A DNA stretch of 64,000 nucleotides from positions 780,855 to 844,854 of the forward strand of contig NMRA01000011.1 of the NCBI GenBank assembly GCA_002633005.1, written 5' to 3'. The translations under genes and the position numbers were made by a program. The stretch is from Phoronis australis. Lineage: Eukaryota; Animalia; Phoronida. Shown here piece after piece: positions 13,801 to 25,800 of the stretch; the first letter of the stretch is position 1; each line of letters begins with the position of its first letter. The notes beneath the pieces are model-generated. The model searched no databases and had not been told where the DNA came from. It saw only the letters and a list, made by a program, of their open reading frames with translations.

Positions 13801-16800
13801 CTTGGCAGGTAATTTTCTTTGAAGTTTATTTAGGGCACTACAAAACATTCAAATTTGACTAACTTCGGAGCATCTTTTTCCAGACACAACTGTTCAAATT
13901 CTCGCAAAGTTTTCTGGTACTGTGAAATACATAATTTTTCTTAAAATAATCCATTTTCCATGAAGATAAGACTCTAGGTTGTCCTGTTAGGGGGCAGTGT
14001 CATCCAAGATGTAGGTGTAACTGATGAGTTCAATAATGGTCTTTCAGTCTTGATGCCAAGAAAGATGGTGAAAAGGCTGAGGTGAGTGTTGGACAACAGG
14101 TGTCGCTTTGTACTGCAGCTAACCAGGACTGCACAGACTGGGACATTATTGGCAAACGAAGTTTTCGTAAGAATGGCTTCATCCATAGACACTATTGAAT
14201 CAGTTGATTTAATGTTTGGAGTCCAGAGGCTGAAAATACAATTAAACGGGTGTTGATACAAAACATTTTAATATACACAACATGTCTTGTACATGGTACT
14301 TTACATATTGTGGCACATTTCACAAACATCTTTTTATGTCACGGTCCTGTGCTGGTATGTATTATGAATTACACAAACCACTGTGTAGTAAAAACTCAAA
14401 AGTCCGAGTCCAGACTCGGAACATACAACGTTAATGCTGGGGTCATCAGGTGCAACATAGGATTGAACAGTCATCCACTTAAACCATAACATACTGCACC
14501 ACAGAATAGTAGACACTTGTCTTGAGTTCATACCAAACTAGAACGCGTTGCTCTTGTTCGTCTTGCCTTCCACGTTGTGCTGCATCAAATCTCAGTCTTT
14601 GACTTTGAAACTAGTAGTCTGGCATCACTGTTGATCTGTGTTGCAGGATTCGTCGGACAAGAAAACTAATGGGGAAGAGGCCACCCCAGAGGAAGGAGAT
14701 GGGGACAAGAAGGTATGGTGCATTGTGGGCAGAGGTCAACTCTCGAGCAGTCCGATTTTTTGTGAAGAGTTAAAGAAGGCATCACCTTGACACATAATGT
14801 AAAGTGTATTGACTACTCATGCTCATCAGGGTTAGACTTGATGACCTTGACCTGTAGTAGTTGTGGCACTAGGGGGGGCGGGTGTCAGTTATACTTTCTG
14901 ATGCAGTTTGTGTTATTTTATAGAATCATTTTGATGAGAATGTGTAATGTATTATGTTGGCATTTAGTGCTAGAAATATGACTCAGGTACTGCATTCTCG
15001 TTGCATCTTACTTGTCTTATGGTCTATCACTGTTACTTTGTGCATGTGCAGGTGATGGTGAGGATATGGTCATAACCTTGCCTCTGCATCTCTTTTTCCC
15101 TCCAGGCCATCACCGACAAACCTCAAAAGGCCAAGAAGCGTAAGCGGGAGTACTCCTCTTCTGACAGTGGCTCCAGCTCAGACAGTGGCTCTGAGTCAGA
15201 GACCGAAACTGAACCAGCGCCTCCTGGTGGGTGATGCTGCTGCTATACATCAAGTGTTATTATCCACCCATCTCCATGTGAAGACCACTGTTCACCTGTT
15301 TTTCTTACCTACAAAAATGAATGGACATGGTATCCATGGTCTTCCTACATATGTTCAAACATGGTGCTGAGCCGTATTTGAAGAGCTCTGAGCCATGTTC
15401 GAAGAGCTCTGAGCCATGTTCGAAGAGCTCTGAGCCATGTTTGAAAAGCTCTGAGCCATGTTTGAAGAGCTCTGAGCCATGTTTGAAGAGCTCTGAGCCA
15501 TGTTTGAAGAGCTATGAGTCATGCTTGAAAAGCTCTGAGCCATGTTTGGCAATCATGAGTTATGTTTGAAAAGCCTGAGTGTTCCCTGCTTTACAAGACA
15601 CATGATTGATATAGTGTTGTGTGGTGGTTCTTATTTTTATTATTTTGCTTTAAAATGGTAGACATGTTGAGCAAGTGAAAATATTGTTACTGTACTTGCT
15701 TCTTTGAATTAGTAGAAAGCATTAAGAGGTGAAAACAACATACAATTTCCACCATATTTGAAGATTTGGTTACAGAGAACCCTCCGTACGTTACAGATTT
15801 TTTAGGCTTAAATGTTTTACATAAAGTTGTCATCTGTTTGGTTTTGTCAGGTGTAGATGAGCCACCTCCACCAGGCACAGAATCGAGCAGTAGTATTCCA
15901 GGCATTGAAGTCACTAAAGAGGACATCAACGAAGGAGAGACTAAAGAAGGTAGACTTGCTTGAAACTGAGTGACTTACATTTTGCTTCAGACGGGCTCAC
16001 AAGCATTTGTGTGTTGCTGTAATTCTACATGAAAGCCCCTCATTATCCTCCAAATTTGAAAACTTTTGTGGTGAACCCTGCCAATAGGTGGCATTTTCAG
16101 TGTTTAGTGCACTAGACCTGTCCATGTGGCCTGTACCTATCTCATGCACTAGATCTGGCCATGTGGCATGTACCCATCTTGTGCACTAGACCTGACCATG
16201 TGGCCTGTACCCATCTCTTGCACTTTATTTAGTCCTGTGGCCTGTATACATACTGTGTACTAGAGCTCACTATATGGTATTCATCTGTCTGATGCACCGT
16301 GCCTAGCCATATGACCCACACCTGCGTGAAGCTCTACATACATAAAGCATTGGATCACCTGCACTTTCTTATGCCTTGGAGTTTTTTTTAAGATTTTCTT
16401 AAACATTAAAAGTCTTGTAAGTCACAGCCAACCTAACTGCAAGAATTTATGCTAAGTAAGGCAAAATCTGACTTTTTGAAGTTCCAAGTGCAGGAACCAG
16501 AACATCCATGTCATAGACCTTCATCCAACTACTCCAGAGACTCAATATATACTATTTTTGCTGTATTTATATTGTTTAAACGTCTTGATAATTTTGTTGG
16601 TATTTTATCTGCTATGTTATGTCTTTACGTGGCATGTTATGTTATGTCTATACATGGCACGTTATGTTATGTCTATACATGGCACGTTATGTTATGTCTG
16701 TACATGGCACGTTATGTTATGTCTGTACATGGCACGTTATGTTATGTCTGTACATGGCACGTTATGCTATGTCTCAGGGCTTGGAATTTTCCGCGGAAAC

Positions 16801-19800
16801 GCGGATTTCCGCTTTTTTGAAATGTGCTTTCCGCTTTTTTTATAATATTTCCGCGTAAAAAATCGGATTTGATATGAAATTTCCGAGGCAAATTCCTTTC
16901 TTACCGCGGCGTTGCAGACGACGTTCACCTCGAAAAGCGGAAGCCTTTATGTCAATTGTCAACATTGCCGGGGCATCTGGGTAAAGCGTGGTCTGATTTT
17001 CAATGGCAGCTCGTGTTATTGTTAAGCGCGGCGACAAATACTACCGCTCTGCAGCCAAATTTGTGTGGGTTGGGAGTGGACGGGCGAGCGAAAAGGACGC
17101 AGACGCATGCTACTGATGGTGGTAACTTTTGTTTTTTTTTTTNNNNNNNNNNNNNNNNNNNNNNNNNNNNNNNNNNNNNNNNNNNNNNNNNNNNNNNNNN
17201 NNNNNNNNNNNNNNNNNNNNNNNNNNNNNNNNNNNNNNNNNNNNNNNNNNNNNNNNNNNNNNNNNNNNNNNNNNNNNNNNNNNNNNNNNNNNNNNNNNNN
17301 NNNNNNNNNNNNTGCTAATCATTCACGTGCTAATCATTCACGTGCTAATCATTCACGTGCTAATCATTCACGTGCTAATCATTCACGTGCTAATCATTCA
17401 CGTGCTAATCATTCACGTGCTAATCATTCACGTGCTTTTAGACTAGTTAATCTGAAGGTCTATGCACTTGAGTATAATATAACTATCAAGTCTACACTGT
17501 TCACACCAGTCGTGTGAGGCTCTATACACTTGCGTAGAATGTACCTGTCAACTCCACCCTCATTTACCTACTCCTGTCCCTCCAGATGTGTCGTCAGTAC
17601 CCAGGCTTCTTGCGTGTGGCCATTCAAGACCCGCAGCCAGACCGACGCTGGTTCAGGCGAGGTTGGGTGACCTTTGACCAAACGGTCAACATTAAAGAGA
17701 TTTGCTGGAACCTCAGCAACATTAGAGTGAGTACTACCACTTATTGCAGATTTGCTTGTATTCCATGCACTCATTGCCTAAAAATTGTTATGTACAGGTT
17801 TTAAAATTTTTGAATTTGTGCCTTTACTTCTTTAAATTAAAAAATATCCTCTGGAATTAAAAAATATTTTTAAAATTATTGGCCCTTTGAAATGCCAGAT
17901 CAGCAAAGATCAAAGTTGAAAATTGATGGAAATAGTCCGGAGTGCAAGATTCAAGCGGTATCTTGAGTAGCAGTGTATATTGTGGCTTGCATATCGGGCT
18001 TTGCCTTTCATGATTGGTCGGTTGAAGCTAGTTTGTGAATAACTGACCAATGAAAGGTACTCTTACTTACTTTTGCATTGTGGGATATCATCTGCTTTAG
18101 AAATCAAGGTGTCGAGAGCAGAATTTTGAAACACAATTAAAAATGTATTGTATTGCAATCAGAAAACTGGAAAAGAACTTCACTATCTTTCATCCCGCCA
18201 ACTTCAGTACTTTGATCTCATATGTCTACAACATGATGCATATCAAGAAGGATGATATGTCGATACTTACTGGGTCATAAGCAGATGGTCAGAAATCACT
18301 CATGCCCACCTCGAAACATCGACGTGATGAGCATAGTTTTTAATGTTTCTTTTTTCGTTGAACACGATTTGAAACTAGAAATGTTTTTTGTGTATCACAC
18401 CATGTTTTTGATTAAATTTAAATTTCCTGAAAATATTGGAAATAGCACATGTTTTCTCTTTCAAAATACGGATTTTTAGCACGAATGTTACAGATGTCGT
18501 GCTAAATATGTCGGCAGCACAGATAACACGTCTTCTCATTAATGATGCATGACATGGTCTTTGTCTATAATGGAGTCGTAAGTGACACCTACTCTCTCCA
18601 TTCTGTCATCGCAGCTGCGAGACTACGAAATGGGCGCCATTGTGAATCGGGAGCTGCGCCAGCGCGTTCGTCCTGTCAACGGCCTTGTCAATCACAAGCA
18701 AGTGATGCGGGCGGACGTGCAAATGGCGGCCAAGATTATACAGAACTTGGACGACAAGTGGCACCTGTGGACAGATGGTGAACAGGAGAAAGTTGACCAA
18801 CCAGAGAAGGTACACTTTGTAGTACTCTCCTCTCATGCATTTTGTACATTCATCTAATGGTAGATAACTAGTCATGTCTTAGTGCAACCCATTTTTGAAG
18901 TTTCTTAGGCAGTAACTTTACCATGATCACGGTATGTATAATACCTACACCGACGTCAAATGAGACATCTGTTTGGAAACGTTTACAAGTAAACTTGTTG
19001 AGGCTTGTCTCAACCAATAACTAACTGTCAATCATTTACACGCCTAGCAATCACTCTTATTCTGACAAAGGAACAGTCTGGGGTCAATTTGATAAGGGCG
19101 AGAGATCTAAATCAAAAGTTGTTTTTTGTAATAGAAGGTGGGTTTATAGCCAGTTTAAGTAGAGGTGTGTGTCTGAAACTGCACTAAAGTAGACCTTTGG
19201 CAAGATAGTGAGCAAGGTGAATTGTTTGTCCCATTTTTCTTGAAATCATGGCGCCAAACTGTAAATGCACAATGATTGTAATTAATTCAATCCTGCTTTA
19301 TCTATCTTGTAGAGTTCATTTCACACTTGCCAAAAGTGTAATTAATTTAATCCTTCTTCATCTATGTTATGGAGCTCACGCTACAATTGTCAAAACTGTT
19401 AATTCATTCAATCCTGCTTCATCTATGTTGGTCTTCCTTTCAGTCTCTCGGTTTTGTATCCAAGAACCCTGTGATGAAAAACATCACTGACTTTCTGGTA
19501 GATGAAGGCAGTTTTGAAGAGGAAGAGCTGTTAGGTGGGTAGACTGGTGAAGTTGTCTTAGTGACCAGACTATTGCGTTTGAGTTGTGACGGTGATAATG
19601 GTGACAAAATTATGCAGTCTAATCACATGACAACCAACCCTCCTGGGACTTTTCTAAATGCAGCGTAATCAAATCAAAATACATGCAGTCAGCATGGGAC
19701 TATAAACCAGGGGTCCGTTCCAAGAAACTGACATAAGTTCATTTTTTACTTACGTCTACGATCTGTCTCAACTTTCATACTGAAACTTCCACATCCGGTA

Positions 19801-22800
19801 GGTTAGTTAAAATTAAGACAAAACTTAAGTTAAAAAGGTTACGTCAAACTTAAGATCTCTTTCTTGAAATGGATTTTAGGCAAATGCAAGTTTTATCTTA
19901 GAATTAGCTTAAATTTAAGATTGGTCTTAGCTAAGTCAGTTTTCTTGTAATGAGCCCCAGGTATGCTGTTCGTCTCTAATTTTTGTACATTTGTCATTTT
20001 GAACCACTTTCTTTGTCTGTATACTTCATTAAAAAAGGTGGCATAACTATAAAAAATATTTTCCATTTAAAAGATTTAGAAGAGTTGCACTGATTAGCAC
20101 GTACGTGGATGATGATTACTGATAATGGCACTTTGTTATTTGTATGCTTTATTGGTGATAACTGACTTTGCAATATATCTACCTGAACAGGTACCAGCAC
20201 TGACGGTGAAGTCAAGGAAGGTGAGGTGCAGGTAGAGCGTGATGAACCCCTCTGTCAGGTAAGCACTCCCATGTGTGTGTGTGTCACCCTCTGTCAGGTA
20301 AGCACCCCCATGTGTGTGTGTGTCACCCTCTCTCAGGTATGCCATCCTCCGCTCTCCCCTTGCACAGCGTGCAATGAAGCAGCTGTTAGAATTTTTAAAA
20401 TAAGTCAATTCCAGTTGATGCCTTTCTAGATTCCTGCCAGTGTCAACAGACTTGTCACACTGACTTCCATTTATTCTCTGTCATGACTTTCCATCATTTC
20501 ACCTTTTATTATTCATTATTTTGTCTATATTTCTAAACTTTTCTCTTGGTTTTATTACTGTCTTCTCAATGCATGTGCTCTGTGTTAACATGACATGTGT
20601 CAAGATTAAGTCACATGAAATAATCCAGAAGCTGGTAAAACTCTTTAAAATCATTGAAAAGTCTTTTATTTAAGATTCTGGCTTTCGAGCCTAATAGGAA
20701 CAACCCGTCTTTAGGTATGAAGACAAATGGCTGGAAAGTCTGTCTTTTTTTAAACCAATTTTTATAATTTCACTGGATTTTATTTTTCCTAGTTTAATTA
20801 TTACAACCTGTCCCACTGTCGCTGTTCTTTCACATTTCCCAGAATTCCCTGTCTCCACATTATCAGTGTGGAGCACATCTATTATTAGAAGCTTCACAGT
20901 AATACTGAATAAACAACTATCGTGTGGAAGGTTTGACATAATAATACAACTCACAATTCTCAACGAGTCCATGAGGACTACTCGGGTGAAAACACAAATG
21001 GCTAAGAGTCTGGAGATGACAGAGAAAATATCTTTTAATGAGTTGGAAAGTCATAGTTCAAGAAAATAGGTGAATAAGCCAAGTGGGTATATGTATGGAG
21101 TATCACTTGTTCTGTAATTGTAATGAACCATCGAGCATAAACAACTTAAAATGAAGATTGAATAATCTGGAATATCTGTAATCACAAATTGTATACTAGT
21201 ATGACTAACCCATCACTCTTTGTCTTATTTATTCGACGCTCCGTCTGTCTTCTGCAGGTATTGGATCGAATGTTGATGTATCTGCGTATCGTTCACTCCA
21301 TTGACTTCTACAGTGGCATCGAATACCCTAATGAACACGAGATGCCCCATCGTTGCGGCATCATCCATGCCAGGGGACCCAAACCGAGCAACCCCATCCC
21401 TCAGAAAGATGGTGAGATTTGCATTATTATTTTGTGGCATTATTATATGCCCGCATTTACATTAACATGGTTAAAATCACCAATTTTATATCATAAACAC
21501 CCATCAGTCTATCAGCTGTCAAATTAGGACACCCGCAAATACTATCTGACCATATGTTAATTAGCTGATCTCAAGTTATGAGAATGTATTGGTCGAAATG
21601 TACTTCATAAATAAGGAACACCCAATCACAGCGCTAGTCATCCTCCATTGTGTTTAGTGAGAAAAGTCGTCAGATATTGCTGTGGTTTATGGTATAATAA
21701 GGAATGGCCAGGTGTTGCATTTGTTGTGGTTGTGACAAGATAGTGTTGGTTTATGGTGTGGCTCTTTTCACTTTCCCACGGGACATCGGAGAAGGGCAGA
21801 TATGGCTCAGATTTGTACTAGAAATTCGTGTGTTGGTGGACATGACACGCTGGCCCTGGATATGTTCATGTGTCACACTGATGGCCATGACACGCTGGCC
21901 CTGGATATGTTCATGTGTCATACTGATGGCCATGATACGCTAGCCCTGGATATGTTCATGTGTCATACTGATGGCCATGATACGCTAGCCCTGGATATGT
22001 TCATGTGTCATACTGATGGCCATGATACGCTAGCCCTGGATATGTTCATGTGTCATACTGATGGCCATGANCAGGGGACCCAAACCGAGCAACCCCATCC
22101 CTCAGAAAGACGGTGAGATTTGCATTATTATTTTGTGGCATTATTATATGCCCGCATTTACATTAACATGGTTAAAATCACCAATTTTATATCATAAACA
22201 TCTATCAGTCTGTCAGCTGTCAAAGTAGGACACCCGCAAATATTATCTGACCATATGTTAATTAGCTGATCTCAAGTTATGAGAATGTATTGGTCGAAAT
22301 GTACTTCATAAATGTGGAACAACCAATCACAGCGCTAGTCATCCTTCATTGTGTTTAATGAGAAAAGTCGTCAGATATTGCTGCTAGTTTTGCTGTGGTT
22401 TATGGTATAATAAGGAATGGCCAGGTGTTGCATTTGTTGTGGTTGTGACAACATAGTGTTGGTTCATGGTGTGGCTCTTCACTCTCCCACGGGACATCGG
22501 AGAAGGACAGATGTGGCTCAGATTTGTACTAGAAATTTGTGTGTTGGTGGATATGACATGCTGGCCCTGGATATGTTCATGTGTCACACTGATGGCCATG
22601 ACACACTGGCCCCGGATATGTTCATGTGTCACACTGATGGCCATGACACGCTGGCCCCGGATATGTTCATGTGTCACACTGATGGCCGTGACACGCTGGC
22701 CCCGGATATGTTCATGTGTCACACTGATGTCCATGACACGCTGGCCTTGGATATGTTCATGTGTCACACTAATGGCCATGACACGCTGGCCCTGGATATC

Positions 22801-25800
22801 TTCATGTGTCACACTGATGGCCATGACATGCTAGCCCTGGATATGTTCATGTGTCACACTGATGGCCATGACACGCTGGCCCTGGATATCTTCATGTGTC
22901 ACTGATGGCCATGACACGCTGGCCCTGGATATGTTCATGTGTCACACTGATGGCCATGGAGCTAAGAAACAGTTGAAGTCACTTTTATACTATTTTTTCT
23001 TTTCTGGGATATTTAATTCATGATTGTGATATTCAGTGCTATAAATGAAGGTTTAATGGTGCTGATATTGGTGGTTTAAGCACCTTGCGTGTCATCCTGT
23101 CATCTGCTGCTCTTTCTCCTAAACCCCTGCAGGATCTTCATGAAATTTTGTAGACGTGTTGCGATGGAGATGACAACAGATGGCGGCAATTTTCAAACAC
23201 ATCTGATTGCTGCTGTGCCATCAAGTGGCCATCTTTGTTTTTTTTGTTTACGTTTCCTTTTGTATCTACCCAGTTCCATGATGGGTTTTTATGAAATTTG
23301 GCTAGGGTATTTCTTTTGAGATGACATCTTCCCAATTTTGGACAAATTTGACTTATTCTGTGTCACAAAGTGATGATTTATTATTTTCAAGTGTGTTTGG
23401 CGTCTGCTTCTCTTGCTGCCAAACAGGTCGAAGGATAATAATGAAAATTGGCTGATGTGTTCTACTGAGAAGACCACAACTGACATTTATTTTCAAACAG
23501 GCCAGACTACTGTGGCACCCCCAAGTGGCAATTACGTTTTTGCGTTGGCTGTATCTCCTAAATCTCTTCAATTTCAAATGTTACCAGAATTCACTTGATG
23601 TTCTATAAATGCTAAGTCAAAGGAGGCAGTATATTGTTATGAATGTTGTTGTGATTGTAGTATGACGACACATTGTTTTTTCATATTTCAGTCAATGATC
23701 ACATGAAGCACATTGAAAATAAACTAAAGCCAATGAGTGAAACCCGGTCATTGTTGACGGACGAGGAGGCGACCCCTCTGGGAAAGAAGGATGCCGAGCA
23801 GTATCCTTTTGAATTTTGACAGTACCCACTGTGTCACTGGAACTTAAGGACCTTAATGTCACCTGGTCATTTTTTGAATGGTATCACAATCATGCCGTTT
23901 TGCTAATTCCAGGGAATCATTGCTACATTTCATGTGGTATGCATTTACCACATGTATTATATGTATGCCAACTCCAAGAACGTTAGTTGTACTTTTTAAT
24001 GCTGTCTGTACGTTAGTGTGTTATGGTTTTGCATTCTTCAAACGGTGTTGCTTTGAACTAAAGTGTATGGCACTCTTTAGTGCTATGTGTTGTCTCAGGA
24101 CAATTTTTGATTCATTAAACCCCCTTTAGCTGGTATGTAGCTGTCAACTTATTGTTGATTGGTGAATGTTTTAGATGCAAACACAATAACTGATAATTAA
24201 TAACGGCAACGAACAAAGAATGTAGTCATGTCTCTGTATCGCAATGATGCATGTGTAGTAGTTTTCTCTGTGATTAACTTTTGGTTTGTCATGATCATCA
24301 AGTTGTCCTGAGACACTGTTATTGCTTTTATTGCCATTCGGTTCCCATGTGTGCATGTCCGATACTTGGTTTTGGTGCAACTTTTTTTTTAAGATTACAA
24401 ATTTTTTCCGAAGTGGTTTCAACCATTCAGAGTGCTCCACTAGTCTTACTCCCCCTAGTGGCAATTTTGGGTCAAGAGATTTTATTGAGTTTTGCTGAAG
24501 CAATGTTTAACAATAAGTGCAGTTACAAAGTTGCCAACTGTCATGGATTTAATTGTATTATACCCACTTTTAGAGCCTAAAAATCCCTGGACCTTTTAAA
24601 AAATTGTGAATTTTTTGCTATTATTTCTCTTCAAAAAATCAGCTGAAAGTAAATTTATCATTAAAGTTGTTGGTGTTTTTGAGGTGCCAGGTCAGCAGAA
24701 AACTCGTAAAAGGCGTAAATAGTGGAGAGTGCATGATTCAACCAATGAGGCGCATCCTGAGTAGCATTGTAGTGTGTAACTTGCTTTCTCTTTGGCGGTT
24801 GGTCAATTGACGCTTATGTGGCTTAGCATTGTGGGATGTCATGTGCTTTGGAAATCAATTTCAGATGTCAAGATTGGAATTTCAGAGACGAATAGGTTAA
24901 GAAATTAAATTGCATTTAGGAAATAGGAAAAGGAATATATGGCATTTTGACACCCCGACTTTGACATTGAAAACCTTAGGTCTCTACAACATCAGTGTGG
25001 ATTGGGAATTTCAGGATATCTAGATTTGCTGTGTTGTGGTCCAGTGGACAGCAATCAACCGTACTGAACACAAAACATAGTTGTGATCGGTTGATTTTTT
25101 AAGTTTTTAAGGTTATATAGGACTATCAAAAAGTGGCCAAATTTGGCACATTTTAGAATGTCGTATCTTGGGAGTGGTGGATTGGACTGGAGTGAAACTT
25201 TCAGACATCTTACTTTCTGTACTGTTCTCCAAAACGGTGTTAGGAATTGTTTTTGAAATGTTTTTCATGAGGGACTATCAGAAATAGAACTTTTAAGGTT
25301 TTTACGAAAAATTCAAGAACGGCGTAAAACGAAAATGAAGTAATTTAGAAAACTGTAACAGCATTTTTTAATTTTCATCTTGAATATTTTTATCAGAGTT
25401 TTGTTATGGATGTACCTTTCTTTTTGTTAATTTTTCTACAAAATACGTAGTCACATGATCCAAATATCAGATTGGTATTAAGTCAAAACTCAGGTTCTAC
25501 AGGCTATTTTCAGAAAATGTGTATTTTTGCTAAGCTAAAATCTATAATTATTTAAATATGTGGCTTAATGCACTAAGTGGATAGGTTATACATAATGTCA
25601 TTGTTAGTAGAACACGATTTGAAACCAACATTTGTTTTTGTGTACCACACCATATTTGGTTGAAACTCAAAATTCTGAAAGTATTGCAAATTGTACTAAA
25701 TGGGTTGATGGCCTTCAGTTGACCCTGATTGATGTTTGGAGTGCTCAAAGTACTTGAGCTCCCCCTGGTGGTCATGTATTAAATGGCTGGAGTCCTCCAA

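Noticed and set aside
20108-20166. Box C/D snoRNA (ATGATGA...CTGA) in an SRRT intron
   Set aside because: No terminal stem, and the CTGA coincides with the likely branch point about 25 nt from the acceptor.
22072-22112. Extra partial SRRT exon ([12 protein letters not shown])
   Set aside because: It begins exactly at n22071 and has no acceptor; same overlap artefact.
21802-22905. His/Cys-rich repeat protein ([15 protein letters not shown])n, or a CRISPR-like array
   Set aside because: A 45-bp minisatellite open in several frames, with no unique spacers, lying in an intron of a eukaryotic gene.
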